Assembly (NCBI RefSeq): GCF_009914755.1
Contig: NC_060946.1
Strand: one strand, 5' to 3'
Source of the DNA: the human T2T-CHM13v2.0 reference genome, Homo sapiens
Length of the DNA: 64,000 nt
Position numbers and translations under genes: made by a program
Shown here: piece after piece, positions 39,220-55,014 of the stretch
Layout: each line of letters begins with the position of its first letter
Numbering within the stretch: the first letter of the stretch is position 1
The notes under the pieces: model-generated
The model's input: only the letters and a program-made list of their open reading frames with translations
Told to the model about the DNA's origin: nothing
Databases searched by the model: none

Positions 39220-40900
39220 AGAGACAATGTAATGTGATCTATCATGGTAATGGATAAGGCAACAAACTTTCTTATTGGTAATCAGGACCTGATCTTTACA
39301 GTGACAGCCATCTCTGCCTGTTGGATCAACAGCAAAAGGACCCTAAAATGGCAGGGGCAATTCCCAGCTTGAAATATAACAGAACCATGTCTGTAATTCC
39401 TGTTAAAAGTATTCTTCTCTTGGTCACAAGGACCTCCAAACCCATTAAGGTAAGGTTGTAGAAGAAGGCAGCAAAAGTTCCTTAAGTATACTTTAATTTC
39501 CATTTCATTAATCTTGGGCCTACGCATTCTGGCTTGAGGGAAGGCAGCACCACTTAGGGCCACTGATTTAAGGCATGTACTTTATCCTGTAAGTTCTAAT
39601 CTCATATGGTGGTGTCTCCCAGCTGGCACCATAAGTGAATCTTCAACAGGGCATTCTATAAGTTTATCCAGCAAGCTTCTCCTCAGTGATGGGTCGCAAT
39701 AGATGTGAACCCATTGGTATATTTCTTTTACCGTAAGTTCCTTGTTCAGAGGCATGAAGTATGAGACACCATGGCAATAGATAAAATATTTATAAATCCT
39801 TGACTGGTGGTGCCACCAGAAGTATTGCAAGCAGGGAAGACAAGTTTATTTTCAGAATATCTGTATATCTATATCTATCTACACACACAAACACACACAC
39901 ATATTACCTTGAAGACAAATTGATATCTCCTCCACAAGGAGAGAAGTCTAATGTAATCAACTTACATTAAGGTAGTTTGTTTGTTCCCCAAGAATAACTG
40001 CGTGCCATATAAAAATTTCAGCAGTAGCCTCTGTTGCTGGCAAATTGAGCACTCAGCAATGGCAGTAACAAAATAAGCCTTCTTGAGAGTAAGTTCTTGT
40101 TATTGAGCCCAAGCATTCAAAATGTAAAGATACACCCCTAATAGTCTGCCTTTCTCTTTGTTATAGGAAAGTGAAAGAAGCAGCTACTTGTATCTCACTC
40201 AGAGGGGAATTTTCTTTCCAGACTCATGAAAACTTTACCAATATGTCAGGCTCCTGACTTTTTAGATTTTCTGTCATCCTCTGGCATGCGTGTGTCTCAT
40301 AAACTATATAAGTTGCTTGATACTTGGCTCACTGAGTCCAATTAGCATTATATCTTTAATATAATGGATTAGAATGATGTTCTGTAGGACATCAAGATAA
40401 TCAGTTTCCTTAAGACCAGGAGAGCTCACATCATCCTGTGATAAGACAATGGGTTCTTGTCCCGGACAAATGAAGGCAAAATGCTTACAGTTACCTTTAT
40501 CAATGAAGGTTGGTAAATAATAAAGCATTTGCTAAATCAACCACTGTATATTGGATGCCGGAGACTGTGTTGATTTCTTCCAGTAAACATCCCTCATTTT
40601 GAACCATGCTGCAATTGGCATTACTACCTAATTATATTTGTGATAATCCACAGTCACTTTCCAAGGCTATCTGGATTTTGTACTGGACACAGAATCAAGT
40701 TAAACAGAGAATCACCATCCTTGAATCTTTCGAGTCTTTTATGGTGGCATTTATATCCACAGTATCTCTTTGGGATACAGTATTGCTTCTTTATTTGAAA
40801 CAAGTGGTAGACAATTCCTTCCTATCAAAATACTCCTTACTTATTGGGTTGGAGAGTAATAGAGGGATTCTTCCAATTGCTAAGTATATCTATTCACAAT

Positions 40901-41514
40901 TGTATTCTCAATTTTCTGCTGCTGAGTAACATTACCATAAATTTAGCAGCTTTAAACAACTTCTATTTGTTATCTTACAGTTCTGCAGATAAGAATTCCA
41001 GGCAGGCTGAACTGGACTATCTGCCTGGGGTCTCACAAGTTCAAAGTCAAGGTGTTAGCTGGGATGGGCTCTTATCTGGAGGCTCTGGGGAAGAATCCAC
41101 TTCCAAGCTAATTCAGATTGTTGGCAGAATTCAGTGCTTTGTGGTTGGAGGACTGAGGTCTTCATTTCTTTGCTTCCAGCTGGAGACTTCTCTCTATTTT
41201 TAAAGACCCCCTGCATTCCTTCGCATGTGGTTACCTCCATCTTCAAAGCCAGCAATGGCACCTGGAATCCCTACTGTGCTTGAAATCTCTGACTCACTCT
41301 TTTGCCAGTAGCTGGAATAAAAACTTTCATCTTTTAAAGGGTTCATGTGATTAGATTAGGCCCATTCAGATGATATCTTTCTTACCACATAACATAAAAT
41401 AATCATGAGAGGGACAGCTCATCATATTCACATGTTCCACACTCAAGGGAAAACACTGTACAAAGGCAAGGACAAGAGTCATTGGGTGCCATTATTAGAC
41501 TTCTACCTACCATA
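40901..41514 (-). mobile_element. MLT1E-like LTR inserted in the provirus
   Basis: 'ggaggctctggggaagaatccacttccaagct...gttggcagaattcag'; TSD ACAAT/TCAAT. Confidence 0.82.
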
Positions 41515-42557
41515 TCAATTACATTTATGGTGGGAAAATAACCACAGTATGGGTTCACAACCCTCTAGTCCCTGTAAGGTAGACTCAATTGATCACCTGA
41601 CTTTCATAGGCCTCCACTCTGAATGACCAGACCATGTGGTATTATGAGGATTAGGAATTAGTTTATGTTTCTGAGAATTAAACATTAGGTCAGAGCCAGT
41701 ATCTAACAACTTATGGGGAAGCCCAGATACTTCTTGTCCCCTAATTTGCAGACACCCTTGCAAATGGCAACATATCCCTCAGACTCAGAGGATGGTTTTG
41801 CCGAGAATTCAGCATGTAAGATTTTCAAGAGTCTTTTCTCAAATGGACCTAGCCTCCCCATTAATTGATGGACTCTGGATGAACGAACTATCATGAGTCT
41901 GGCAACTGGGAATGAGGTTATAAATCTCTACTATGGCAACTTGAGTCAGGCTTGCACCCAAGAGACCTAAAACTTTTCCGCTTATATGTCAAGCATCACC
42001 TTAGTAGGCTGCACATCTATTTTATTACCAGGGACTCATTAATCGTTAGCCATCAACATAGTTTGCTGTGGGTCAAAACACTCTGATTACCACTCTATCC
42101 CTGGGGCTTAATTCAGTAATTGCACCCACTTATCTCTGACAATTAATCTACGCCACTGGACCTCCACAGTGCCTGGATCCCATTATTCCCAGTGAAACCT
42201 GTGAACCTAATTTCACTGCAGCATCTCCCACCATGATCATGGGTGTACATAGTACAGTCATCACAGACTTTTTCAAGGAATCCTTCCTCTTTGCCAGGAA
42301 AGTTCTAGGATTCAAATATCCTTGACTATAGGGTGCTGTTGAGGCCAGGCTTTAATTATCCAATCTAGTAGATTGTTAATGCCATTCTTAGCTGCTATGG
42401 CAATATATTAAATCTCAAATCCTAGATGAATACCCTCATTGACAAATTTGTTCTGATTTAATCTTATATTTTGATCTTCTTGGCCTATTACTCTTAGAAT
42501 CAACTCCCATACCTTTTTCCGAGATTCTGCTAATAAAAATTAGCAAGACACAGCAAA

Positions 42558-43432
42558 TATAGCAGTTTATAGGTATGGTAAAGATGACTGCATATGCTTT
42601 GCTATTTGTATTAGTTTGCAAGGTCTGCCATAACTAGGAACCATAAATTGGATGGCTTAAACAACAGAAGTGTATTTTCTTACAGTTCTGAAGGCTAGAA
42701 GTCTGAGACTAAAGGATTGACAGGGTTAGTTTCTTATAAAATCCTCTCTTCTTGGCTTGGGCATCTTTTTGTGCCTCCACTTGATCTTCTCTCTGTGCAT
42801 ATCTGTGTCCTAATCTCTTCTCACAATAAAGACACATCATATTGGATTAGGGCCCACCCTCATAACCTCATTTAATTTTAATTACCCTCTTTAAAGACGA
42901 TGTCTCCAAATACCATCACATTGTGGGGTACAGGAGGTTAGGACTTCAACCTATGAATTTGGGAAGAACACACTTCAGCCTGTAACACTATTCTCCCCAT
43001 AATATAAGTGAAATTGATCATTCCCCCCTTGAATATCAGCTGACCCTGCAATCTGTTTTGAACAGTAACGTGGTAGAAATAATACTGTATAACTTTCAAG
43101 GCTGGGCTTTAAAAAATATACCTCTTCCTTCTTGACCTAGGACCACTCTCCCCTTCAGAACCACTTACTAGGTAAGGACAAATCTTGCCATTTGTCCTTT
43201 TCTCTGTGTCCTTTTCTCTCTAGTGCCACCAGAGGTGATGTGCCCACTACTGCTAAAGAGAGAAGTCAAGTGGAGGGAAGCCCAAAGTTATGTTTGATGT
43301 TCCAGCTCCATCTGCTCTCCAAGCTGAAGAGCTGCACAATTGAGCTCTAGCCAACCTGTAGAGTATATGGTGATTAGCTCAAGCCATTAAGTTTTAGGGT
43401 GGTTTGTAACTACCCTACACTGAACCAAAACA
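42558..43432 (+). mobile_element. MLT1G/H-type LTR, interrupted by MLT1B
   Basis: 'aaagatgactgcatatgctttgctatt|ctcccc...ccccttgaat', ends 'aagccattaagttttagggtggtttgt...aaccaaaaca'. Confidence 0.68.
42607..42987 (-). mobile_element. MLT1B-like LTR
   Basis: 'tgtattagtttgc...ggattagggcccaccctcat...ttcagcctgtaaca'; perfect TSD CTATT at 42602-42606 and 42988-42992. Confidence 0.9.
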
Positions 43433-44183
43433 ACAGGCTAACTACTCCTGGAGTAAGCTTTGTACTTCTCTGTCTGGCTGCACAGGACTCTGACTTTTGT
43501 CATGGGCCTGAAGGCAATGAGATAGTGGAGATAGGTCTTGAGGAGAATTTAGCAGTTGCTTAGGGTGAAGTTATTGGAAGGATTTTATGCATGGGAAGTC
43601 AACCCCTCAGCCAGAATATTCAGAGAGAGTTCTCAGCTACAGCTATGTCAGTCCAAAACCCCCATCCCATATGTCTCAGGGTCTCATTCTGTTCTATGGT
43701 GCTCTTGCTTAGCATAAGAAATATAGCTGCTGTTGGCTCTGCAACATCATATTTCTTACAATCTGGACAGAGCTTGATCCTCAGCAGCTATTACTAGACA
43801 AAAGAGATTCATTCAAAATGACTATAGGAGCTTTCTGATTTTACCCCTGCACCCCTTCAAGGACATTCAAATCTTGCCATTTGTCCTTTTCTCTGTGTAT
43901 AATCTCTAGTGCCACCAGACATGATCTGCCCACATCACATCTCTAAAATCTTTATTGTTGCCATAGTGACTAAGTATCTCCGTCCTTTGATCTCTCCAAG
44001 TCTTGGCTTCCACCAGCACTCTCTCCCATGCTACCACTGGCAATAATTTAAGTAATTGATGCCAACACATGCTACGGATTACCAGTGTCTCGTTTCCCCC
44101 AGTGAGGAGGATATCAGAGAACTCATCAGATATGTAAGCAACCCAGCCCCTGAATCTTTTTTGACTGATGCTGGTGCAGTCCC

Positions 44184-44659
44184 TGTATCAGCTAGGGCCC
44201 TGACTAAGAGTTTAAAGAAGGAACTATTTACAAATGCATGGGCAGAGGTGAAGAGCAGCAACAAAGTAGGATGAAGCACCCAGGACCATCCCCAGCAGGA
44301 AGTGATAACCATTCCTAGGTTGAGAAAGGACCAGGGATGAGAAGAGTTAGCAGACCAGACCTGGCAAGAGTTGAAGCTCCAGGATAGATCTGATCCATTG
44401 GAGCTGTAACTTTCATGAAAGAAGTGCAAGCATTGCTAAGTGGAGGCCTGGTACAGAGGAATCCAGGGAAGTTAACACTCCATCCTCTCTCTCCTGCAAT
44501 CCACCCATCTCCTGCCATTGTCTCCCACTGGCCAGAACTATTGGGAAGCCAGGAACAAGGAAGCCAAATGATGTTCCTAAAAGCCAGCCTCCTGGGGCTC
44601 AGAGCAGGTATAGAAGAGTGAAGCATATCTTGAGGACCCCACAGAAAATTTCTAGCACC
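44184..44659 (-). mobile_element. LTR33-like LTR (5' LTR of the provirus)
   Basis: 'agagtttaaagaaggaactatttacaaatgcatgggcag...tctcctgccattgtctcccactggccagaac...cagcctcctggggctcagagcagg'; collinear with 37602-38076. Confidence 0.78.
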
Positions 44660-44950
44660 ATGACTCACATTCAAATCTTATTTTCTACCTGAATGTTCTC
44701 CACACCTCCTGAACTGATCATCACTTTATTCACGTTGAGGACCTGATTAGGACATTTGGTAAGACCCTTAGCGTTGCTAGTGTTGTTCTTATTAATTTCT
44801 TTTTCTTGATTTTTTTATCCTTTTAAAATTTCTTTTCCAAGCTTACTATGTCTACCCTCCTGATCAGCCACTCTGATGTGTTTATCATCTATCCTTGAAT
44901 TAACATATACCCTTGTAAACATGTAATTTTGTCTTGTAAGCATATATATC

Positions 44951-45460
44951 ATGGTGGTTAACTTTATGTGTCAACTTGATTGGGCCACAAGGTACCCAGG
45001 TATACAGTCCAACATTATTCTGGGTGTACCCACAAGAGTGTTTCTGGATGAGATTAGCATTGGAATCTGCAGGCTGAGTAAAGCAGATTGCCTTCCATGA
45101 TGTGGGTGGGCCTCATCCCATCTGAAAGGACAAAAAGACTGGAACTTCCTCGAGTAAAAGGGACCCCCTCCTGCCTGTGGCCTTCAAACTGAGACATCGA
45201 GGCTTTTTCATGTGTTTGAATTTGAGCTGAAGAATTTGCTCTTCCTGAATCTGGAGCCTGCTGGCATTCAGACTGGAACTACACCATCAACTCTCCTGGG
45301 TCTCACTACCGACAAATCTTAGGACTTGTCAGCTTCCATGATCATGTGAACCAATTCCTTATAATAAATTGTGTGTGTGTGTGTGTGTGTGTGCACGCAC
45401 GTGCGCGTGCACATATATCTCCCATTGGTTTTGTTTCTCTGTAGAACCCTGACTAATACT
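44951..45460 (+). mobile_element. MLT2D-like LTR (ERVL) within an antisense L1M fragment
   Basis: 'tggttaactttatgtgtcaacttgattgggccac...gagtaaagcagattgcc...ctgtagaaccctgactaatac'; (TG)n at the usual microsatellite position. Confidence 0.88.
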
Positions 45461-47057
45461 GGCATCATTAATTTGCCAGAATGGTACTGCACTGTAGAGC
45501 TTTCTCTGATTCTTGCCTTTGCAATGCAGCACTGTATTTATAAGTGCTTCTTATTCGTGTTGCTGTGTGTATAACTAGTTGGCTGCTTCTAACTACTGCT
45601 AACTACTATTCCATAGTTAATATACATTCCTTTTATTTAGCTATTCCCTTCATGGTGGCTTCCATCTCCCAGATAGCACAAACAATCCACTAATGAACAT
45701 CCTTTTACCTCTGTCCTCATAGACAGGTGTGAGAACGACTCAGAGCTGTACGTTCGGGATTGTTTTCCTAAGTCAGAAGGACTCTTACTTTTGTATCTCC
45801 TGAACATGGGTTCTAGTTCTCTTTTAAAATGTTGCTCAATAAAACAGCTGCTTGGCTCTCTTCTTTGGTTCTTGCTTCATGTCTGTACCCTCCTTCCCAG
45901 AAGAAAGAAGAGATCATTTTAGAATAGTTGAAACACACCTGAACCCCTGACACTTATAACCGCCATATATATGATTTGCATGTTAGAGATAAGGTAGCAA
46001 ACTGGGAGATTTTGGGTGACATCCCCAACTCACTTGAGTGGTGTAGAGGTGTGCCCATTTATTATGTGCTCCATTCATACATGGGCGAGATCACACATGC
46101 ATCAGTGTTGGTCTATTGGGAAGTTAAAGTGATTGATTTCTATCTAAAAGACAGATCATAAAACCTAGCACCGCTGTTGGGAAATGTTGGTGCAGAGTTG
46201 TAAAGGTTAGATTATTGGATTTGATAACAACACTAATGCTTGCTTGTAAATAAAATTTACCCATGCTGCTCTTCTTTGGAGTCCTCTCCTCATTTTTGTT
46301 ATTAAACCGAGCATACCATTCCTGCTACCCTGAGTCTTCTCTATATCACCATGAAGGAGACTTGGGGATCTGATCCCAGGCCTGTCTGTCTGCAGAGTGT
46401 GCACTCTTAGCCCTTTGGGAAGTACAGCAAGCAAAGCTCAGCTCCAGTGCCCAGAACCCTTCCTGCCACCCTCCCCAGCTTCTTTTCAGAACCTCAAAGT
46501 TCTTCATTTTTTTTCTCCCTTAACGCTTTATAGCTCTCAGTAGGTATCAGGGATTCTTATAAAATCTCACATGTGGTAGAGCTTTCAAAGATTATCTTTT
46601 CAAAGCTCCCACCTGAAGCAGGAATGCTGCCCCTGGCACTTCAGCAGCTGGTTCCCTGCTTTGCCTGGAGAACATCTCACTTTCTCCATTGCCCTTCTGT
46701 GACACTCCTATCCTGGAGAAGTGCCAACTCTGCTCTGTCTGGAAATGGCTTTTTGTACTTCTTCTGCTTTGTGCAACCCAGCTACCCCAGGCCACACAGA
46801 CTGGCACCACTCCTCCCAACTCCTAACAGCGATTTGAGCACTCCCAGACATCACTGCATCTTCCCCTTGTCAGATAACCCCATTCCCTTCCTTGTGTATC
46901 TTTCAAAAATAAATTAACATGGGGTACATCTCCATCTTTACTCTTATTCCTTCCTGTGGAATGAGGGACTCTGAACCCTAAAAGACACCTCAGGAACTTC
47001 TACAAGAGTTGTGGTTAGGGACTTAGAGAGCCTTTCTTTGTCCCTTAAAGAATACTA

Positions 47058-47439
<382 letters not shown>

Positions 47440-47967
47440 CTATTAAATGGGAATCTCACATACACAAGCACACAAAGGAGGGCCTCTGGGGTTTGCCCTG
47501 GTCAGAGAGCTGAGATCCCTGCCAAGATGACATTAAAGAAAAATTTCTCCAATGCCAAGAAAGCCACCATGCAAAAGGGAGACACACAGAATTAAAATAC
47601 GTGAGAGACTGAGGGGCAGAGGAGGATCCCAAGTACCATGGGATATTGGATGGCCAGACCACACCAAAAAGAATCACCTCTGCTGAAGACTTAGTTGCTT
47701 CATTATCTATAACCAGGTTAAATCAAGGAAGTTAACTGAAGTCCATGGGCCTGTGCTTTTAAAAAGAAATCTCAGCAGCTGCAGGTCACAGTTGCAAACA
47801 TCCAGGGAGCCCAGCCTTTGCCCTCTCCTCCCTCCAACCAGCTACAGGAACCTGACATCATTTCTTAAAAGGATAGAATTTTATCTGCTTGAAAACTTCC
47901 ATTTTGGGTCCTCTCAAAGCAAAGGGTTATTGTCTTGATGAAAAATTAATGGAGAGAATCATTTCTC

Positions 47968-48003
47968 GTGTGTGTGTGTGTGTGTGTGAGCGTGCATGCG
48001 TGT
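47968..48003. repeat. (TG)n microsatellite
   Basis: gtgtgtgtgtgtgtgtgtgtgagcgtgcatgcgtgt. Confidence 0.9.
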
Positions 48004-48588
48004 AGTGTTAGCATGTGCATAAATGACTGAATAACTTAACCTAAGGAGGGATGTGAATGGGTATAGAACAATGGCTAGAGAATGCCAAGCATTTGCCTTG
48101 GAAACAAGGAAGGCTGCACCTTATAGGGCCGATCTGGCTTTTCCAGATTGGTTATTCCAAGGCACCCTGAGGCCATGGTTGAGCTGTGCAAGTCTGATTT
48201 CATTTAAAATTGTATAGAAACAAGTGTATTTATAAAACGATAGTTAGTTCTGCAATTCCTTGAAAAAGAAATGCATATATGAATATGTACATATGTTTAT
48301 AGTGTATCAAATCGTTCTGGAGGAAGGCTGAGGCTAGACATCATAGCAGAATTTTTAATTCACAATGTGAGTAGCAGAAAAGGCACCTCCTCCTCCCCCA
48401 AACCACCAGCTCATCACTACCAAGTCAGTCCAACCACCAGTACTATTCTGTGAGGGACCTTGTCAACTGTCTTAACATCTACTTTTTTGGGTCTGGCACC
48501 CTTTTGTGCCTACTCTAGACTGGAACTGGGGCCTCCAGATGATCTTTTCTAAAACTACCTACAGAATCTTCAATGTATTCAAAGGTTT

Positions 48589-48907
<319 letters not shown>

Positions 48908-49253
48908 AATACATTCAAAGTTTAACAGATTTGATCTGCCTGCTGGTTGCTGCTCTCACATGCTTTCCACTTCTCCAGGATTCATAAGGATTCCTGATAG
49001 AGAGCAGACCGTGATCAGTGGTACCATTGCACCTGCCCCCCACCACCCCTCACTGACTTGCATGTTCAGAACCAGCACCCGCCTCACTGCTACACCTGCT
49101 AGGCTCATTCTCAGGAGACTTCAGAAAAAGCTCAGGCCCCCTGCTTTAACATGAAAACCTTTGAGAATGGCCTTTTCAGCTTCAAAGCCACCATGGTGGG
49201 CAAAGCTTCAAAGACAGAGCAGGGTTAGCTTTGAAGATCTAGTGTTTTCAAAG

Positions 49254-49420
49254 CAGTGGTCTTAACCTTCTTCTAGGTCATAGACCCCTCTGGAAACCTA
49301 ATAAAAGCTATGGAGCCACATGCCGTGAAAATACAAAAGCTTGATGAGAAAGTTGTCTGCAAATGCAGAGGGCTTGTGGACACTGAACACCAGCGTAGAC
49401 CATAGGATAAGAATTCCTAC
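49254..49420 (+). mobile_element. Short hAT-Charlie element (Charlie4z/MER5-like)
   Basis: 'cagtggtcttaacctt...ggtcatagacccctctggaaacctaataaaagctatgga...aggataagaattcct'. Confidence 0.6.
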
Positions 49421-49954
49421 TATACTATCATAGCCAGATGTGCGCATCAGTATGTCTTTTGCAAGTCTTCTCTGAAGGACCCCAATGAGTCTTTCTGATC
49501 TCATTTGTCAATATTTTCACTTTTCTCTATTTCCCAGGTCTGCGTTCCATTCATCCATCCGTCTAGGTCTGATATTCAGTAAGTAGATTATGGTTTGGGT
49601 TGTATTTTTTCTTTTAGAAGCCAGCATCCATTCTGACTGGGAGGTGCCCATGTCCCATAGGGTTATTTTGAATAATACTGTCTCTGAATTCATCATTCAT
49701 CCATGCATCTACAGATCCTGCTATCCAACCATTTAACCATTTATTCCCACTCAGTCAAAAAAAAAAAAAAAAGAAAGAAAAAAAAAACACCTTCCATACT
49801 CCAGGGACTGGAGAGACAGCAGGAAACAAGACCAAGATTTTCTGCCTTCATGTTATTGACAATTGAGTGAAAAGATGGACAAATAAAAGCAATTATAATG
49901 GAAAAACATAAATGTTCTAGAGACAATCAGGACACTTTGAAAATATATAAATGT

Positions 49955-50435
49955 TTTTAATTTTTTTTTAACTTTTAAGTTCATGGGTACATGTGCGGGT
50001 TTGTTATATAGGTAAACTTGTGTCATAAGGGTTTGTTGTACAGACGATTCCATCACCCAATTATTAAGGCTAGTACTCATTAGTTTTTTTCCTGAGCCTC
50101 TCCCTCTTCCCACCCTTCACCCTCCAATAGGCCTCAGTGTCTGTTGTTCCCCTCTTTGTATCCATGTGTTCTCATCATTTAGCTCCCACTTACGAGTGAG
50201 TATGTGTGGTATTTGGTTTTCTGTTCCTGCGTTAGTTTGCTAAGGATAATGGCCTCCAGCCGTATCCATGTTCCCGCAAAGGACATGATATTGTTTTTTT
50301 TATGGCTGCATAGTGTTCCATGATGTATATACTCCACATTTTCTTTAGCCAGTCTACCACTGATGAGCATTTAGGTTGATTCCATGTCTTTGCTATTGTG
50401 AATAGTGCTGCAATAATCATATATGTGCATATGTC
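49955..50435 (-). mobile_element. L1PA13-like 3' end (continues at 55015-55170)
   Basis: 'ttgttatataggtaaacttgtgtcat...gtacagacgattccatcaccc' older L1PA 3'UTR; sequence resumes in register at 55015 after the nested L1. Confidence 0.88.
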
Positions 50436-51768
50436 TTTTTTTTATTATACTTTATGTTTTAGGGTACATGTGCACAACATGCAGGTTTGTTACATATGTA
50501 TACTATGTATACATGTGCCATGTTGGTGTGCTGCACCCATTAACTCGTCATTTAGCATTACGTATATCTCCTAATGCCATCCCTCCCTCCTCCCCCCACC
50601 CCACAACAGGCCCCGGTGTGTGATGTTCCCCTTCCTGTGTCCATGTGTTCTCATTGTTCAATTCCCACCTATGAGTGAGAACATGCGGTGTTTGGTTTTT
50701 TGTCCTTGCGATAGTTTGCTGAGAATGATGATTTCCAGTTTCATCCATGTCCCTATAAAGGACATGAACTCATCATTTTTTATGGCTGCATAGTATTCCA
50801 TGGTATATATGTGCCACATTTTCTTAATCCAGTCTGTCAGTGTTGGACATTTGGGTTGGTTCCAAGTCTTTGCTATTGTGAATAGTGCCACAATAAACAT
50901 ACATGTTCATGTGTCTTTATAGCAGCATGATTTATATTCCTTTGGGTATATACCTAGTAATGGTATCACTGGGTCAAATGGTATTTCTAGTTCTAGACCC
51001 CTGAGGAATTGACACACTTACTTCCACAATGGTTGAACTAGTTTACAGTCCCACCAACAGTGTAAAAGTGTTCCTGTTTCTCCACATCGTCTCTAGCACC
51101 TGTTGTTTCCTGACTATTTAATGATCGCCATTCTAACTGGTGTGAGATGGTATCTCATTGTGGTTTTGATTTGCATTTCTCTGATGGCCAATGTTGATGA
51201 GCATTTTTTCATGTGTCTTTTGGCTGCATAAATGTCTTCTTTTGAGAAGTGTCTGTTCATATCCTTTGCCCACTTGTTGATGGGGTTGTTTGCTTTTTCT
51301 TGTAAATTTGTTTGAGTTCTTTGTAGACTCTGGATATTAGCCCTTTGTCACATGAGTAGATTGCAAAAATTTTCTCCCATTCTGTAGGTTGTCTGTTCAC
51401 TCTGATGGTAGTTTCTTTTGCTGTGCAGAAGCTCTTTAGTTTAATTAGATCGCATTTGTCAATTTTGGCTTTTGTTGCCATTGCTTTTGGTGTTTTAGAC
51501 ATGAAATCCTTGCCCATGCCTATATCCTGAATGGTATTGCCTAGGTTTTCTTCTAGGGTTTTTGTGGTTTTAGGTCTAACATTTAAGTCTTTAATCCACC
51601 TTTAATAATGTTTGTATAAGGTGTAAGGAAGGGATCCAGTTTCAGCTTTCTACATATGGCTAGCCAGTTTTCCCAGCACCATTTATTAAATAGGAAATCC
51701 TTTCCCCATTTCTTGTTTTTGTCAGGTTTGTCAAAGATCAGATAGTTGTATATATGTGGCACTATTTC

Positions 51769-53340
<1,572 letters not shown>

Positions 53341-53401
53341 TCATCTTGCTAGTGTTCTATCAATTTTGTTGATCCTTTCAAAAAACCAGCTCCTAGATTC
53401 A

Positions 53402-53536
<135 letters not shown>

Positions 53537-53704
53537 TCAATTTTAGATCTTTCCTGCTTTCTCTTGTGGGCATTTAGTGCTACAAATTTCCCTCTACACA
53601 CTGCTTTGAATGTGTCCCAGAGATTCTGGTATGTTGTGTCTTTGTTCTCATTGGTTTCAAAGAACATCTTTATTTCTGCCTTCATTTTGTTATGTACCCA
53701 GTAG

Positions 53705-54358
53705 TCATTCAGGAGCAGGTTGTTCAGTTTCCATGTAGTCGAGTGGTTGTTTCTTAATCCTGAGTTCTAGTTTGATTGCACTGTGGTCTGAGAGACAGTT
53801 TGTTATAATTTCTGTTCTTTTACATTTGCTGAGGAGTGCTTTACTTCCAACTATGTGGTCAATTTTGGAGTAGGTGCGTTGTGGAGATGAGAAGAATGTA
53901 TATTCTGTTGATTTTGGGTGGAGAGTTCTGTAGATGTCTATTAGGTCCACGTGGTGCAGAGCTGAGTTCAATTCCTGGATACCCTTGTTAACTTTCTGTC
54001 TCGTTGATCTGTCTAATGTTGACAGTGGGGTGTTAAAGTCTCCCATCATTATAGTGTGGGAGTCTAAGTCTCTTTGTAGGTCTCTAAGGACTTGCTTTAT
54101 GAATCTGGGTGCTCCTGTATTGGGTGCATATATATTTAGGATAGTTAGCTCTTCTTGTTGAATTGATCCCTTTACCATTATGTAATGGTCTTTGTCTCTT
54201 CTGATCTTTGTTGGCTTAAAGTTGGTTTTATCAGAGACTAGGATTGCAACCCCTGCCTTTTTTTGTTTTCCATTTGCTTGGTAGATCTTCCTCCATCCCT
54301 TTATTTTGAGCCTATGTGTGTCTCTGCATGTGAGATGGGTTTCCTGAATACAGCACAC
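53705..54358 (-). pseudogene. L1 ORF2 endonuclease fragment
   Basis: CCIQETH, NIYAPN, GDFNTPL, YSKIDH, SDHSAIKL; frameshifted at both ends. Confidence 0.95.
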
Positions 54359-54530
54359 TGATGGGTCTTGACTCTATCCAATTTCCCAGTCTGTGTCTTT
54401 TAATTGGAGCATTTAGCCCATTTACATTTAAGGTTAATATTGTTATGTGTGAATTTGATCCTGCCATTGTGATGTTAGCTGGTTATTTTGCTCGTTAGTT
54501 GATGCACTTTCTTCCTAGCATTGATGGTCT

Positions 54531-55014
54531 TTACAATTTGGTGTATTTTTGCAGTGGCTGGTACCGGTTGTTCCTTTCCATGTTTAGTGCTTCCTTCAGG
54601 AGTTCTTGTAGGGCAGGCCTGGTGATGACAAAGTCTCTCAGCATTTGCTTGTCTGTAAAGTATTTTATTTCTCCTTCACTTATGAAGCTTAGTTTGACTG
54701 GATATGAAATTCTGGATTGAAAATTCTTTTCTTTCAGAATGTTGAATATTGGCCCCCACTGTCTTCTGGCTTGTAGAGTTTCTGCCAAGATATCAGCTGT
54801 TAGTCTGATGGGCTTCCCTTTGTGGGTAACCCGACCTTTCTCTCTGGCTGCCCTTAACATTTTTTCCGTCATTTCAACTTTGGTGAATCTGACAATTATG
54901 TGTCTTGGAGTTGCTCTTCTCGAGGAGTATCTTTGTGGCTTTCTCTGTATTTCCTGAATTTGAATGTTGGCCTGCCTTGCTAGATTGGGGAAGTTCTCCT
55001 GGATAATATCCTGC
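54531..55014 (-). pseudogene. L1 ORF1 C-terminal half
   Basis: QDIIQENFPNLARQ...TPRHIIVRF...RPALQELLKEAL; N-terminus and 5'UTR promoter absent. Confidence 0.95.

Larger units (their letters stand above)
38077..44183 (-). pseudogene. ERVL-class (HERV16/ERV3-16A3-like) internal region with gag-pro-pol-dUTPase remnants
   Basis: Minus strand: protease LLDTGSDLM at 41709-41683; RT 'HFAF...VLSQ...SSPGL...HYIKDIMLIG' at 40528-40304; integrase-like 'YCHGV...TVKEIYQWVH' at 39830-39582; correct order between two LTRs. Confidence 0.82.
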
